NCBI GenBank assembly: GCA_963826395.1
Contig: CAWGWP010000001.1
Coordinates: 441,768 to 505,767 of the forward strand
Length of the DNA: 64,000 nucleotides
Reading direction: 5' to 3'
From: an uncultured Solirubrobacterales bacterium
Lineage (GTDB): Bacteria; Actinomycetota; Thermoleophilia; Solirubrobacterales; Solirubrobacteraceae
Shown in pieces: positions 29,058 to 39,084 of the stretch; position 1 is the stretch's first letter; each line of letters starts with the position of its first letter. The notes below the pieces were generated by a model that was given only the letters and a program-made list of their open reading frames with translations, did not search any database and was not told the DNA's origin. Made by a program: the position numbers and the translations under genes.

Positions 29058-30727
29058 CGCAGCCCCACGATCGCTATGTCATCTGCGCCGGACTGGAGCT
29101 CACTCACCAGCCTGCCCAGCAGGTCCGACAGCGCGATGTTCTGGCCGACCGCCGCCCGGCGTAGACGCGCGAGGCCCTCGTCGAGATCTTCTCCGCGGTG
29201 CTCGATCAGGCCGTCGGTGAAAGCCACAAGCGTGGAGGCGGGTGGGGCGGCGATCGTCGTCGAGGTATACGAGGCCCCACGCTCGACCCCGATCGGGAGG
29301 CCGATGTCGCCTTCCACGTATTCCCCGGCGCCGTTCTGGATCAGCAGGGGCGGTAGGTGTCCAGCGCTCGTGACCGTGATCGCGCGCCGCTCGATGTCGA
29401 CGAGCGCAAAGAGAATCGTCGCGAGCTGTCCGCTGTCGGAGACGTTCAGGAGGTGGGAGAGCTTGGTGAGGATCTCGGCAGGAGTGTCGTGCTGAGCGGC
29501 GTAGGCCTTGATCGCGTAGCGCAGCAGCGCCATCGTGGTTGCGGCCCGCAGACCGCGTCCCGAGACATCGCCCACCACAAGCAGCAGCCGACCGTCCTCG
29601 AAATCGATCACGTCGTACCAGTCACCGCCGATCTCGACGCCATCCTCGCCCGCCTCGTAGCGGGCGCTGGTTTCGACACCGGGAATCTGCGGGAGCACAT
29701 CGGGGAGTAGCGCGTGCTGGAGGGTCTGGGCGATCCCACGCTGCTCGGCGTAGAGACGCCGATTCTCGTTTGCGCTGACCTCAAGGCGCTCGGCGAGCCG
29801 CTCTGCGTCGCGGCGGCGGCGGACCAGGCTCAGCGTCACACCGGTCGCCGCCAGCGTCAGCAGTACGCCTGCCACCACGATGATCCATGGCAGGTCCCGC
29901 GGAAGCGAGCCCGCCAGCGGCTCGTGAGAGGACATCGCCAGCGTGAACGCGCTGTTCCCGAACGGGACCGTCGCAATAGACGTCTGGCCGCGCAGCGGGA
30001 GCCGATCGAGATCCGTCACGAGCAGATTCGGGCGTTGCTGGTTCCGCCCGAGATAGAGCGCGTAATCCAGTCCTGCGAACTGGTTGGTGCTCTGTAGACG
30101 CGACCGGCGGTTTGCGGGCAGCGGGCTCTCGCCGTAGGCGACGTACCCCCCGGGCACGCCGGGCGTCGCAAACGCGTATCCGAGGCGAGCGTCAGCGCCC
30201 GTGAGCAAGCCGATCACGTTCAGCTGGGACCCCGCCGCCAGCCGCGCGAAGAACGCCGACGCTCCGGACGGCGATACCCCCAATTTGGGCTGGACCCCGT
30301 CGATGGCGACCGGGCCACGTTGCGGCGACGACTTGCGCCAGAGCGACACAGACGCGAACTGCTTGCCGGGGCCCGTCCCTACGTACTGGCCGATCAAGCG
30401 CTTGAACTTCGCCACGTTTCCGTTGGTCGCATCAGCCAGTTCGGCGGCGGAGGCGAGCGGTGTTTGGACCGTGGGGAGCGCTTCCGCGATCAGTGCAGCG
30501 GCGTCGCGAACGCGTAGCCGCAGAAGCCGCTTTTCGTTGTTGGAGTACTGGGAGCTCGAGACCAGCGCGAGCGCCGCGGTGACCAGGAGCCCGACAATCA
30601 GTGCCGCCACGGGCAGCCAGAGCAGCGAGTGCTGACTGGCCGCGCCGGCCTGTGCCGGTTGTTGCTCGACAGAATCACTCGCGGGCCCGCTCCCGGCCAG
30701 CCGCTCAGAGTCCGAAGAGCTCATCAC
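29045..30727 (-). CDS. Membrane sensor PP2C/SpoIIE (RsbU-like) phosphatase
   Basis: 2 TM + extracellular domain; LQHALLP, IGGDWYD, VGDVSGRG, SAGHLPP, FTDGL, DDIA. Confidence 0.92.
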   Translation of the reverse strand: MMSSSDSERLAGSGPASDSVEQQPAQAGAASQHSLLWLPVAALIVGLLVTAALALVSSSQYSNNEKRLLRLRVRDAAALIAEALPTVQTPLASAAELADATNGNVAKFKRLIGQYVGTGPGKQFASVSLWRKSSPQRGPVAIDGVQPKLGVSPSGASAFFARLAAGSQLNVIGLLTGADARLGYAFATPGVPGGYVAYGESPLPANRRSRLQSTNQFAGLDYALYLGRNQQRPNLLVTDLDRLPLRGQTSIATVPFGNSAFTLAMSSHEPLAGSLPRDLPWIIVVAGVLLTLAATGVTLSLVRRRRDAERLAERLEVSANENRRLYAEQRGIAQTLQHALLPDVLPQIPGVETSARYEAGEDGVEIGGDWYDVIDFEDGRLLLVVGDVSGRGLRAATTMALLRYAIKAYAAQHDTPAEILTKLSHLLNVSDSGQLATILFALVDIERRAITVTSAGHLPPLLIQNGAGEYVEGDIGLPIGVERGASYTSTTIAAPPASTLVAFTDGLIEHRGEDLDEGLARLRRAAVGQNIALSDLLGRLVSELQSGADDIAIVGLRWKS

Positions 30728-30866
30728 GGTCTCCTCTCACGCCTCTCAGTTCGCGTTCGACAAGGGAAACCACGCCCTCGTCACGCACCGACGATCGAAT
30801 ATTTCTCTCGCCGGCTGGGGAGTCTCGCATACTCCGGCCCGGTTCGGTGGGAGTAGCCTTGCGCGC

Positions 30867-31658
30867 ATGTCCCCCTTGCCCGCGCCGGGTGAGACCTCAG
30901 CTTCGCCCTTGCGCGGGGAGCTCCGGTACGGGCTGGAGCTGGCCCGGCTGGTGACCGAGCGGGAGTTTCTCCGGCCGGAGCACCGTGACGACGCTCCGCC
31001 GGTGCTGCTCGTGCCGGGCTTCATGGCGGGCGACCGATCGCTCGGAGCGCTCGCGGGGTGGTTACGCAGGCGCGGCTCCTGGACCGTTGCCGCCGGGATT
31101 CGCTTGAACGTCGACTGCGCCGAACGAGCGGTCACGGGGATCGAGGCGCGTGTGCGCCGCCTGGCGGACCGCACCGGGCGAAGGATCGTGATCATCGGAC
31201 AGAGTCGCGGTGGCGCGCTGTCACGGGTGGCGGCGCTGCGCAACCCGGACCACGTAAGCACCGTCGTGATGCTCGGCTCGCCCGTGCTCGACCCGCTGTG
31301 CGTCGGGCCCACGGTGATGGGCGCGGTCCGATCGGTTGCGCGGCTCGGCGATCTTGGGGTGCCCGGACTGTTCTCGAGCAGGTGTAAGGACGGTCCCTGC
31401 TGCGCTCGCTTCCGTGCTGAACTGCCGGCGCCGCTGCCGAACGCGCTCCGCGCGGTGGCGATCTACTCGCGAACCGACGGAATCGTGGCGTGGACGGCGT
31501 GTCTTGACCCGTACGCGGAGCGCGTGGAGGTGGAGTCAAGCCACTCCGGCATGTCCGTGAACCTCGCGGTGTATCGGGTGCTGGCGGGGGTCCTCGACAG
31601 CGCGACCCGCGACGCCGCGGGTGCCGTCGACCGAGAGGAGGGCGCATGGAGTGGATGA
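30867..31658 (+). CDS. Alpha/beta hydrolase (lipase-like)
   Basis: LVPGF, GQSRGG nucleophile elbow, SRTDGIV, SSHSGM. Confidence 0.85.
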   Translation: MSPLPAPGETSASPLRGELRYGLELARLVTEREFLRPEHRDDAPPVLLVPGFMAGDRSLGALAGWLRRRGSWTVAAGIRLNVDCAERAVTGIEARVRRLADRTGRRIVIIGQSRGGALSRVAALRNPDHVSTVVMLGSPVLDPLCVGPTVMGAVRSVARLGDLGVPGLFSSRCKDGPCCARFRAELPAPLPNALRAVAIYSRTDGIVAWTACLDPYAERVEVESSHSGMSVNLAVYRVLAGVLDSATRDAAGAVDREEGAWSG

Positions 31659-33079
31659 GCCCCATGGACGCGTCGTTCCTGCACATCGAAGGGCCGGCCA
31701 ATCCGATGCACATCGGCGGCGTCAGCATCTTCGAGGGCCCCTCGCCGCCGTTCGAACGGCTCGAGGACATGGTGTCGCGCAAGCTCCCGTTGGTGCCTCG
31801 CTACCGGCAGAAGGTGCGGTTTGTCCCACTCGGGCTGGGGCGCCCGGTGTGGGTCGAGGACCCGCATTTCAACCTCGGCTACCACCTGCGGCACACCGCC
31901 CTGCCCGCGCCGGGCGACGAGGACAAACTGCGTCGGACGGCGGCGCGCATCTTCGCCCAGCACCTCGATCGCAACAAGCCGCTGTGGGAGATCTGGATGG
32001 TCGAGGGGCTCAGTCAGAGCCGGTGGGCGCTGCTGTCAAAGGTCCATCACTGCATGGTCGACGGGGTCTCGGCCACCGACCTGATGACGGTGATGTTCGA
32101 CGACAGCCCGGCTCCGCCGCCGGCGAACGACTGGGAGCCAGCTCCCGAGCCGACCGACGCCGAGCTCCTCTTGCGGACGCTCACCCACCGGACGTTCAAT
32201 CCGTCCGAGCAGCTGCGCAGCGTGCGCGCAGCCGTGCGCGCGCCGCGCGCGTCGCTCGCTCAGACGGGCGACCTGATCCGCGGAATGACCTCCTCGGTGC
32301 GGATGCTGCGCCCGCTGGGGAGCTCGTCGCTGACCGGGCCGGTCGGGCCGAACCGGATCTGGAGCACCGCGCACGTGCGTCTGAGCGACGTCAAGTCAGT
32401 TCGCGCAACGCTCGGCGGGACCGTGAACGATGTGGTGCTGTCGATCGTCTCCGGCGGCCTTCGCGACTTGCTCGAGGCACGGGGTGAGCGAGTTGACAAC
32501 CGCACCATCCGGGCGCTGGTCCCGGTATCGGTGCGTCGTCCGGGAGAGCGCGGGACCTACAACAACCGCGTCTCCGGAATGGTCGCGGACCTCCCTGTGG
32601 GGATCGTCGATCCCGCGGCGCGGCTCGAGGCGGTCAGCCGTCAGATGGACGGCCTCAAGCAGTCCAAGCAGGCGGTTGCCGGTGACGTGCTGACGTCGCT
32701 GTCGGGGTTCGCGCCGCCGATGCTGCTGGCGCTGGGAGCCCGGCTGGCGGCGCGCTCGCCGTCGCTCGGAGTCCAGACCGGCGTGACCAACGTTCCCGGT
32801 CCTCAGCACCCGCTGCAAACGCTCGACCGCAGGCTGCTGGAGTCCTTCCCGTTCGTTCCGGTGATCGGGAACGTGCGGATCTCCATCGCGATCTTTTCCT
32901 ATGACGGAGGCCTCTACTTCGGTGTCACGGCCGACTACGACAGCTCCCGCGACATCGACATCCTCACGGACGGGATCGAGCGCGCGATGGCAGCGCTGCT
33001 GGCAGTCGTTCCCGGCCTCCCCCTCGAGGCCTCGGCGGCGCAGCCGGAGACGACCCCGGCCGAAGGTCAGCAGGTCTAG
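31646..33079 (+). CDS. Wax ester synthase/diacylglycerol acyltransferase
   Basis: PMHIG, KVHHCMVDG (HHxxxDG), TVNDV, TNVPGP. Confidence 0.95.
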   Translation: MEWMSPMDASFLHIEGPANPMHIGGVSIFEGPSPPFERLEDMVSRKLPLVPRYRQKVRFVPLGLGRPVWVEDPHFNLGYHLRHTALPAPGDEDKLRRTAARIFAQHLDRNKPLWEIWMVEGLSQSRWALLSKVHHCMVDGVSATDLMTVMFDDSPAPPPANDWEPAPEPTDAELLLRTLTHRTFNPSEQLRSVRAAVRAPRASLAQTGDLIRGMTSSVRMLRPLGSSSLTGPVGPNRIWSTAHVRLSDVKSVRATLGGTVNDVVLSIVSGGLRDLLEARGERVDNRTIRALVPVSVRRPGERGTYNNRVSGMVADLPVGIVDPAARLEAVSRQMDGLKQSKQAVAGDVLTSLSGFAPPMLLALGARLAARSPSLGVQTGVTNVPGPQHPLQTLDRRLLESFPFVPVIGNVRISIAIFSYDGGLYFGVTADYDSSRDIDILTDGIERAMAALLAVVPGLPLEASAAQPETTPAEGQQV

Positions 33080-33151
33080 GGCTCGAGTCGCCGGACGGAT
33101 CGCTCCCCAAACCGGTGCAACGTCGGCCATCCGTGGGGAGTCCAGATGAGC

Positions 33152-33179
33152 TTGACAAGCGCTGGCCGCTGGGCATACT
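33152..33179 (+). promoter_or_regulatory. Housekeeping sigma promoter TTGACA-N16-CATACT, probably leaderless
   Basis: Perfect -35, near-consensus -10, GTG 8 nt downstream with no RBS. Confidence 0.65.
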
Positions 33180-33187
33180 CAGCGTCC

Positions 33188-33895
33188 GTGGAGGACGACC
33201 TCAGAGGCGCACCTTCCGAGCCCGAAGCCGGCGATGAGCCGGTCGCGAAGACCGAACTCAGACCCGCGCGCGGCCGAACCTTCCTACCCGAGGTGACGGG
33301 GGTCCAGTTCTCCTCGTCCCGCCGCGGCTACGACCGCCCGGAGGTCGACCAGTACGTCGAGCGGGTCTCGAGGATCGTCGTCGAGCTCGAGGCGATGCGC
33401 TCGCCCGATGCGGTGATCGAGCGTGCGCTTGCGGACGTCGGCGAGGAAACGAGCTCGATCCTTCGCCGCGCCCGCAAGGCGGCCGAGGAGATCATCGCGG
33501 ACGCCGAGCAACACGCCAGCGCCCGTGCCGCCCAGGTCGAGGCCGAGGCCGCGCAGGCGCGCGAGGAAGCCGACCGCTACAGCGCGCGCGTCAGAGCTGA
33601 GGGCGATGGGGTCCTGTCCGAGGCGCGTGCCGAAGCCCAGCAATCCTCCGAGCAGGCCGAGGCCGACGCCAGGCGCAGGCGCGAGGACGCCGACCGCTAT
33701 CAGGCACAGGTCAACGCACACATCGAGCAGCTCGCGCGGGAACGCCACCGCCTGATCGAGGATCTGCGAAAGCTCGCGGATCAGTTCCACCGGACGGCCG
33801 ATCGGGCGCTCGAGCAGATTCCATCAGGCGATCCTCTCGACGAAGGGATTGAGGCCAACGGCGGGACCGTTCCCGCCCATGCCGGACCTGCGTAA
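33188..33895 (+). CDS. DivIVA-domain coiled-coil protein
   Basis: FSSSRRGYDRPEVDQYVERV followed by long coiled coil. Confidence 0.85.
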   Translation: MEDDLRGAPSEPEAGDEPVAKTELRPARGRTFLPEVTGVQFSSSRRGYDRPEVDQYVERVSRIVVELEAMRSPDAVIERALADVGEETSSILRRARKAAEEIIADAEQHASARAAQVEAEAAQAREEADRYSARVRAEGDGVLSEARAEAQQSSEQAEADARRRREDADRYQAQVNAHIEQLARERHRLIEDLRKLADQFHRTADRALEQIPSGDPLDEGIEANGGTVPAHAGPA

Positions 33896-33904
33896 GCTCA
33901 CGGC

Positions 33905-34696
33905 GTGAGCTACGAGCTGGTGATCTGGGAACAGGCCGACGGCGTCGGGCGGCTGACGCTCAACCGACCCGAGACGCTCAACGCCTGGACCGGCGAGTTC
34001 GGTTCCGAGCTGAAGCAGGTGATCGAGGGCGAAGCGGCGCAGGATTCGGTCCGCGCGGTCCTGATCACCGGCGCCGGACGGGGGTTCTCGTCGGGCGCCG
34101 ACCTGAAGGCCGGTTTCGACCGAGCGGAGGACGGTATGCCCGACATCCGCAAGGAGCTCCACGACATCTACCACCCGGTGATCGCCGGGATCCGGCGGCT
34201 CCCGAAGCCGGTGGTCGCGGCCGTCAACGGACCCGCCGTTGGGATCGGGTGCTCGCTGGCGCTGGCGTGCGACTTGGTGATGGCGGCCGAGTCGTCGTTC
34301 TTAGGGCTCGCGTTCGTGAACGTTGGTCTGATGCCGGACGGCGGCTCGACGGCCTTCGTGCCGCCGGCCGTTGGCAAGGCGCGGGCGTTCCAGATGGCGC
34401 TGCTCGGCGAGCCGATCCCGGCCGCCCAGGCGCTCGACTGGGGGCTGGTCAATTGGGTCCGTCCCGACGGGCGGCTACTGGACGAGGCGAATGCGCTCGC
34501 CGCCCGCCTGGCCGCTGGGCCCACGCGCTCGTACGCGAGCGCCAAGCGAGCGCTCAACAACTTCATCTACCGCGACCTCGACGCGCAGCTGGAGCTCGAG
34601 GCCGAGCTCCAGCATGCCCTCGGCCGGACCAAGGACTTCCTCGAGGGCACGGCGGCGTTCGTCGAGAAGCGCGCACCCGCGTTCAGCGGCACCTGA
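33905..34696 (+). CDS. Enoyl-CoA hydratase/isomerase (PaaG-like)
   Basis: LNRPETLNA, FSSGADL, AVNGPAVG, GLMPDGG, AFVEKR. Confidence 0.92.
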   Translation: MSYELVIWEQADGVGRLTLNRPETLNAWTGEFGSELKQVIEGEAAQDSVRAVLITGAGRGFSSGADLKAGFDRAEDGMPDIRKELHDIYHPVIAGIRRLPKPVVAAVNGPAVGIGCSLALACDLVMAAESSFLGLAFVNVGLMPDGGSTAFVPPAVGKARAFQMALLGEPIPAAQALDWGLVNWVRPDGRLLDEANALAARLAAGPTRSYASAKRALNNFIYRDLDAQLELEAELQHALGRTKDFLEGTAAFVEKRAPAFSGT

Positions 34697-34705
34697 CCTG
34701 AACCC

Positions 34706-35668
34706 ATGGCCGCGAACGAGGAGGGCGACGCACCGCGTCTTGGCCCGAGCGTCGAGCTGGATGGTTGTCGGGTCCTGACCGGCAGCTGCTCGTGGACCGA
34801 CAAGACGCTCGTCGAGGAGGCCGATTGGTACCCGCGGCGGACGATGAGCGCCGAGGAGCGTTTGCGTTTCTACGCCTCGCAGTTTCCGCTGACCGAAATC
34901 GACTCGACTTACTACGCGCCACCGGCGGAGCAGCAGGCGCGCCGGTGGGCCGAACGCGCCCCGGAGGGCTTTCGCTTCGATGTCAAGGCGTACTCCCTGC
35001 TGACCGGCCACCCCACCCGGCCGCGCACGCTGTGGGCCGACCTGCGCGAGCAGCTCCCGCCCGAGGTCGCAGCAAAGCGAAACGTGTACGCCGGCCACCT
35101 GGACCCGGAAGCGCTGGACGAGGCATGGCGCAGATTCGAGAGCGCGCTCAGGCCGTTGCACGAGGCAGGAAGGCTCGGATCGGTGCTCTTCCAGTATCCC
35201 CCGTGGTTCACCCCGCGGCGGGACAACCGCAAAGCGGTGGAGAGCCTGCGCGAGCGGATGCCGGACTACCTCGTAGCCGTCGAGTTCCGCTCGCCCATGT
35301 GGCTCGCCGAGGAGCGCGATCGCCAGCGCACGCTCGACCTGCTCGCCGAGCATGGGTTGGTGTACGTGTGCGTCGACGCTCCCCCCGTCTCGGGTCTGGC
35401 GCGAATCCTTGCGGTCACCAACGAGGAGCTTCTCGTGACGCGCTTTCACGGGCGTTCGGACGCAACCTGGAAGGACACGTCACGCTCGGCCGCAGAACGT
35501 TTCCGCTACCTGTACTCGCGCGAGGAGCTCGAGGAGCTCGCGCCGGCGCTGGCCGAGACTGCGCGGCAGGCGCGAGAAGCGCACCTGTTGATGAACAACT
35601 GCTACCGCGACTACGCGGTTCGCAACGCGGCCGAGCTACGCAACCTGCTCGCCTCCTACGCGACCTAG
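34706..35668 (+). CDS. DUF72 family protein
   Basis: EIDSTYY, FDVKA, LFQYPPWF, VEFR, RFHGR, RYLYS, MNN. Confidence 0.92.
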   Translation: MAANEEGDAPRLGPSVELDGCRVLTGSCSWTDKTLVEEADWYPRRTMSAEERLRFYASQFPLTEIDSTYYAPPAEQQARRWAERAPEGFRFDVKAYSLLTGHPTRPRTLWADLREQLPPEVAAKRNVYAGHLDPEALDEAWRRFESALRPLHEAGRLGSVLFQYPPWFTPRRDNRKAVESLRERMPDYLVAVEFRSPMWLAEERDRQRTLDLLAEHGLVYVCVDAPPVSGLARILAVTNEELLVTRFHGRSDATWKDTSRSAAERFRYLYSREELEELAPALAETARQAREAHLLMNNCYRDYAVRNAAELRNLLASYAT

Positions 35669-35687
35669 GTCTACGCGGCGTAAGGAC

Positions 35688-36635
35688 CTAGGCGACCCGC
35701 GGCGCGAGCTCCTCTCCGAGCAGCGCGACCGCGTCGAGATCGTCGTGTAGCAGCTGCTGGCACATCACCCGCGTGACCCCGGCCTCGCGGAGCACGTTCA
35801 GCCGTTCGACGACCTGTTCGATCGTGCCGACGATCCATCCGTGCGGCGGATCGGCGAGCATCGCGTCCACGTCCTGCGGCACGCCGGCGCGGGCGAGCTG
35901 GCGCCGGGCGCGGTCACGCAGATCGGCCTCGTCGGACCCGGTGATGACGGCGGTCATGATCGAGAACGGAATCGCCTCGCGACCGGCCTCGGAGCATGCC
36001 TCGACGATCCGCTGCCGACGGGCTCTCACATCGGCCTCGGATGGGAACGGGGTGTTGTACTCATCGGCGTAGCGGGCTGCCAGCATCGCGCTGCGGGGTC
36101 CCGCGTTGCCGCCCATGATCAGCGGCGGGTGGGGGCGTTGCACGGGCTTCGGCTGGGCGTCGAGGTCTCGGAGGCGATAGTGCTCGCCCTCGTACGAGAA
36201 GCGGCCCCCCGCCCAGGTCCCGAGCACGATCTGCAGCTGCTCGGCGAGGATCTCGATCCGCTCCGCGGCCGGGGGGAAGGGGAAGCCGTAGGCCGCGTGC
36301 TCGCGCTCGTGCCAGGCGGCGCCGAGGCCGAGCTCGATCCGGCCGCCGGAGATCTGGTCCGCGCTCGTCGCGAGCTTGGCGAGGTTCGACGGATGGCGGA
36401 ACGTGGCCGGTGACACGAGCGTCCCGAGGCGCACGGTGGTGGTCAGCGCGGCGAGCGCGCACACCGTCGCCCAGGCGTCGAGCGCGGCTCGGTCCGGATG
36501 CGCGCCATCGAGGTTCATGTAATGGTCGGAGCGGAACAGCGCCGGAATCCGGTGCTCCTCGCATGCCCGCGCCAGCGCGACCCACTCGCTCCAGCTCACG
36601 CCCTCCTGCCCTTCGATCATCAAGCACAACTGCAC
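35688..36635 (-). CDS. LLM class F420-dependent oxidoreductase
   Basis: EGQEG, FRSDHY, LGTLVSPATFRHP, DQISGGRIELGLG, PKPVQ. Confidence 0.92.
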   Translation of the reverse strand: MQLCLMIEGQEGVSWSEWVALARACEEHRIPALFRSDHYMNLDGAHPDRAALDAWATVCALAALTTTVRLGTLVSPATFRHPSNLAKLATSADQISGGRIELGLGAAWHEREHAAYGFPFPPAAERIEILAEQLQIVLGTWAGGRFSYEGEHYRLRDLDAQPKPVQRPHPPLIMGGNAGPRSAMLAARYADEYNTPFPSEADVRARRQRIVEACSEAGREAIPFSIMTAVITGSDEADLRDRARRQLARAGVPQDVDAMLADPPHGWIVGTIEQVVERLNVLREAGVTRVMCQQLLHDDLDAVALLGEELAPRVA

Positions 36636-36698
36636 CCGCCGATTCCTCCTGTTCGTCGGTCCTGGATCGTAGCCCCGGCAGGCTAACCTGAGCGGTCC

Positions 36699-37157
36699 AT
36701 GGCGTATACGAGTGAGTCCGCACGCAGGCAGCTTCTAGACGACCTGGCCGCGGCCGTGGATCAGCTCGGGATCGCGATTTCCGCGCTGGGCGAGGCTTAT
36801 GACGAGGTCGACGAGCGGACCGCCGACGTGCTCGAACAGGAGCTCTTCCGCCCGGTCCGGGGGGCCTACGGCCGCGCACGGCGCACGCACGCCGAGTTCG
36901 CCCAGCGCCACCAGCTCGGCGGTCGGCAGTTCACCGACGGTTCTCCCGGGCTGCACTCCGGGGACCCGCGGGTCTACCTCGAGCGGGCGATCGAGGCAGC
37001 TGAGCAGGCCGACCATCTGATCGCCGAGATGCAGGATTCGCTCTTGCCGGTGGAGGTCGGCGATCGCGAGCTCCGCGACGGGCTGACCGAGACGCGGGAG
37101 CTGATCTCCGCGGTGCCAGCGCAGGGTCGCCAGCTGCTGCGCAGGATCGGCCGCTAG
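36699..37157 (+). CDS. Hypothetical helical-bundle protein
   Basis: Clean ORF with normal codon bias, QDSLLPVEVGD; TAACCT -10 just upstream. Confidence 0.7.
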   Translation: MAYTSESARRQLLDDLAAAVDQLGIAISALGEAYDEVDERTADVLEQELFRPVRGAYGRARRTHAEFAQRHQLGGRQFTDGSPGLHSGDPRVYLERAIEAAEQADHLIAEMQDSLLPVEVGDRELRDGLTETRELISAVPAQGRQLLRRIGR

Positions 37158-37321
37158 TTGAGGGGGCGAACGTCCGCCGGGGTGGCCATCGTGCCCCCTG
37201 ATCGCCGTCGTGATATGGCGCGTAGGAGAGCCGCTACCGACAGGTGGGCCGTGGTGTACCACGGTCGACGCTCCGCCTTCGAGTAAACTGCCGTCGCTTT
37301 GCGCGTGGTTACCTGGCCCCG

Positions 37322-37347
37322 GTTTTGCCCCAAAAACCGTCGGGTAT
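37322..37347 (+). promoter_or_regulatory. SigB/SigF-type promoter GTTT-N16-GGGTAT
   Basis: Consensus match upstream of anti-sigma gene. Confidence 0.7.
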
Positions 37348-37393
37348 GTGACGCAGAGATTTCAACGTATCCAGCACACAGTGAGAGCCTGTC

Positions 37394-38251
37394 GTGAGCG
37401 ACGACTCTCCCACCATCAGCCTTAAGCTCGACTCGAGCCCGGAGACCCTGACGCTCGTTCGAGGGATGCTTGGCGGCGTAGCGGAGCTGTTGCAACTCGA
37501 CCCCGAGTTGCTCGACGACCTCAAGACCGCGGTCAGCGAGGCCTGCAACAACGTCGTCATGCACGCCTATCATGGCGGCAGCGGGCCGCTCTGGGTTTGC
37601 CTCTATGTCGAGGCCGACGGGATCGAGGTCCGCGTCCGCGACAGCGGACGCGGCATCCCGGTGCTGACTCCTTCCGACGACCGGCTCCAGGGCGTCGGCA
37701 TCCCGATCATGCGCGCGCTCGCGCAGCAGACCGCGTTTCGGCCGCTGCGCGACGGCGGGACCGAGGTGTGGATGCAGTTCGCCAGCCGTCGCGACGGTAG
37801 GCCGCTGTATAAGCAGCCCGCCGCCGCGGCGCCCGAGGACGGATGGACCGAGCGCTTGGAGGCCGACGCGATCGTGTCGCTGTCGCCCGTGGACTTCGTC
37901 GGCAGCGTGCTCGGCAGGCTAGCCCGCGCGATGGCGGCCCGCGCGCGCTTCTCGCTGGATCGCTTCTCCGACGTGTACCTGGTGACGGATGCGCTCGCGG
38001 CGCACGTCCAGGAGGCGGCGAGCGCGCCGCGCATCGGGTTCGGGCTCGCGACGGACACCAGGAGGCTCGAGCTGACGATCGGGCCGTTCCGGCTCGGGAC
38101 GAGCTCGGAGATCACGGCGGGTGACTCCACCGAGGTCGCTTCCGCGCTGAAGCTGCTGAGCGATGAGCTCGACATCCGCTCCGAGGACGGCACGGAGACG
38201 CTGCGAGTCGTGATGCTCGACGAGCGCCAGCGAGCGCCCGCTTCAGTCTGA
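37394..38251 (+). CDS. RsbW-like anti-sigma kinase with second degenerate HATPase-like domain
   Basis: DLKTAVSEACNNVVMHAY, D.GRG, G.GIPIM, GTEV; second half RFSLDRFSDVYLVTD. Confidence 0.88.
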   Translation: MSDDSPTISLKLDSSPETLTLVRGMLGGVAELLQLDPELLDDLKTAVSEACNNVVMHAYHGGSGPLWVCLYVEADGIEVRVRDSGRGIPVLTPSDDRLQGVGIPIMRALAQQTAFRPLRDGGTEVWMQFASRRDGRPLYKQPAAAAPEDGWTERLEADAIVSLSPVDFVGSVLGRLARAMAARARFSLDRFSDVYLVTDALAAHVQEAASAPRIGFGLATDTRRLELTIGPFRLGTSSEITAGDSTEVASALKLLSDELDIRSEDGTETLRVVMLDERQRAPASV

Positions 38252-38590
38252 GGCCGCCAGCAGCTCCTCGGGAGAATCCGCGAGCGTCAGGCGGTCGGCC
38301 ACGCCGGTGAGGCTGAGCAACCGCTGGACCTGTTGTGGGCCCTTGACGACGCCGAAGCGCTGCCCTTTCTCGGTCGCCCGCTGGTGCGCGCGGACGAGCA
38401 CGCTGAGGCCGGTGGAGTCCATGAACTCGAGATTGCGCAGGTCGACGATCACCAGGTCGGCGCTGGAGGCGGCACCGCGCTCCAGCTCGTGCTCCAACGC
38501 GGGACTCGACGCTAGGTCGAGCTCCCCACTCACCCCGATCACGACGGCGCGATCCTCGTCGTGGACTTCGACGCTGAAGTTGCTCTGCAC
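38243..38590 (-). CDS. STAS anti-anti-sigma factor (RsbV-like)
   Basis: GELDLAS, DLRNLEFMDSTGL, LTG. Confidence 0.93.
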   Translation of the reverse strand: MQSNFSVEVHDEDRAVVIGVSGELDLASSPALEHELERGAASSADLVIVDLRNLEFMDSTGLSVLVRAHQRATEKGQRFGVVKGPQQVQRLLSLTGVADRLTLADSPEELLAASD

Positions 38591-38683
38591 GCAGCCGCGA
38601 GCCTACCGTGTTTCGGAGCGTAAGCGGCGGGTGGGCTCTCCGGGTCCACAGGCCCGCGGGGCGAGTTCGCCCGCGCAGGTCGA

Positions 38684-38708
38684 GTTTTCCGGGCACGGAC
38701 GCGGGTAG
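38684..38708 (+). promoter_or_regulatory. SigB/SigF-type promoter GTTT-N15-GGGTAG
   Basis: Consensus match upstream of small membrane gene. Confidence 0.55.
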
Positions 38709-38851
38709 CCGCCCGGCATGTCAGCGGGTCAGCGGGCCAAACGTCTGCTGGTGGAGGCCTGCGCGTGAACGGCGCAGATGGCGGGTAGCCATGGCAGGCA
38801 GAGCGAACATCGGAGTTCGCTGACGCGTGTTCGCCTAGGAAGGGAGAACGG

Positions 38852-39028
38852 ATGGTTGCTTTGATCGTGCTGCTTCTGATCCTCGCCATATTCGGCGGGC
38901 TTGGGTTTGCGGCGCATTTCCTGTGGTTCATATTGATCGCCGCGGTGATCCTGTGGCTGATCGGTTTCTTCATCGGCGGAGTCGCAGACGCCGCCGGTGG
39001 ACGCCGGAGGTGGTACGGCCGTTGGTGA
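38852..39028 (+). CDS. 58-aa hydrophobic membrane protein (missed by ORF track)
   Basis: AAGGGAG RBS; MVALIVLLLILAIFGGLGFAAHFLW...RRWYGRW*. Confidence 0.85.
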   Translation: MVALIVLLLILAIFGGLGFAAHFLWFILIAAVILWLIGFFIGGVADAAGGRRRWYGRW

Positions 39029-39084
39029 CGCCGGCCCGCCGCGGCACGGCCCCCGGCTGCGCGGCCGTGCCGCGCAGCTGGGCG

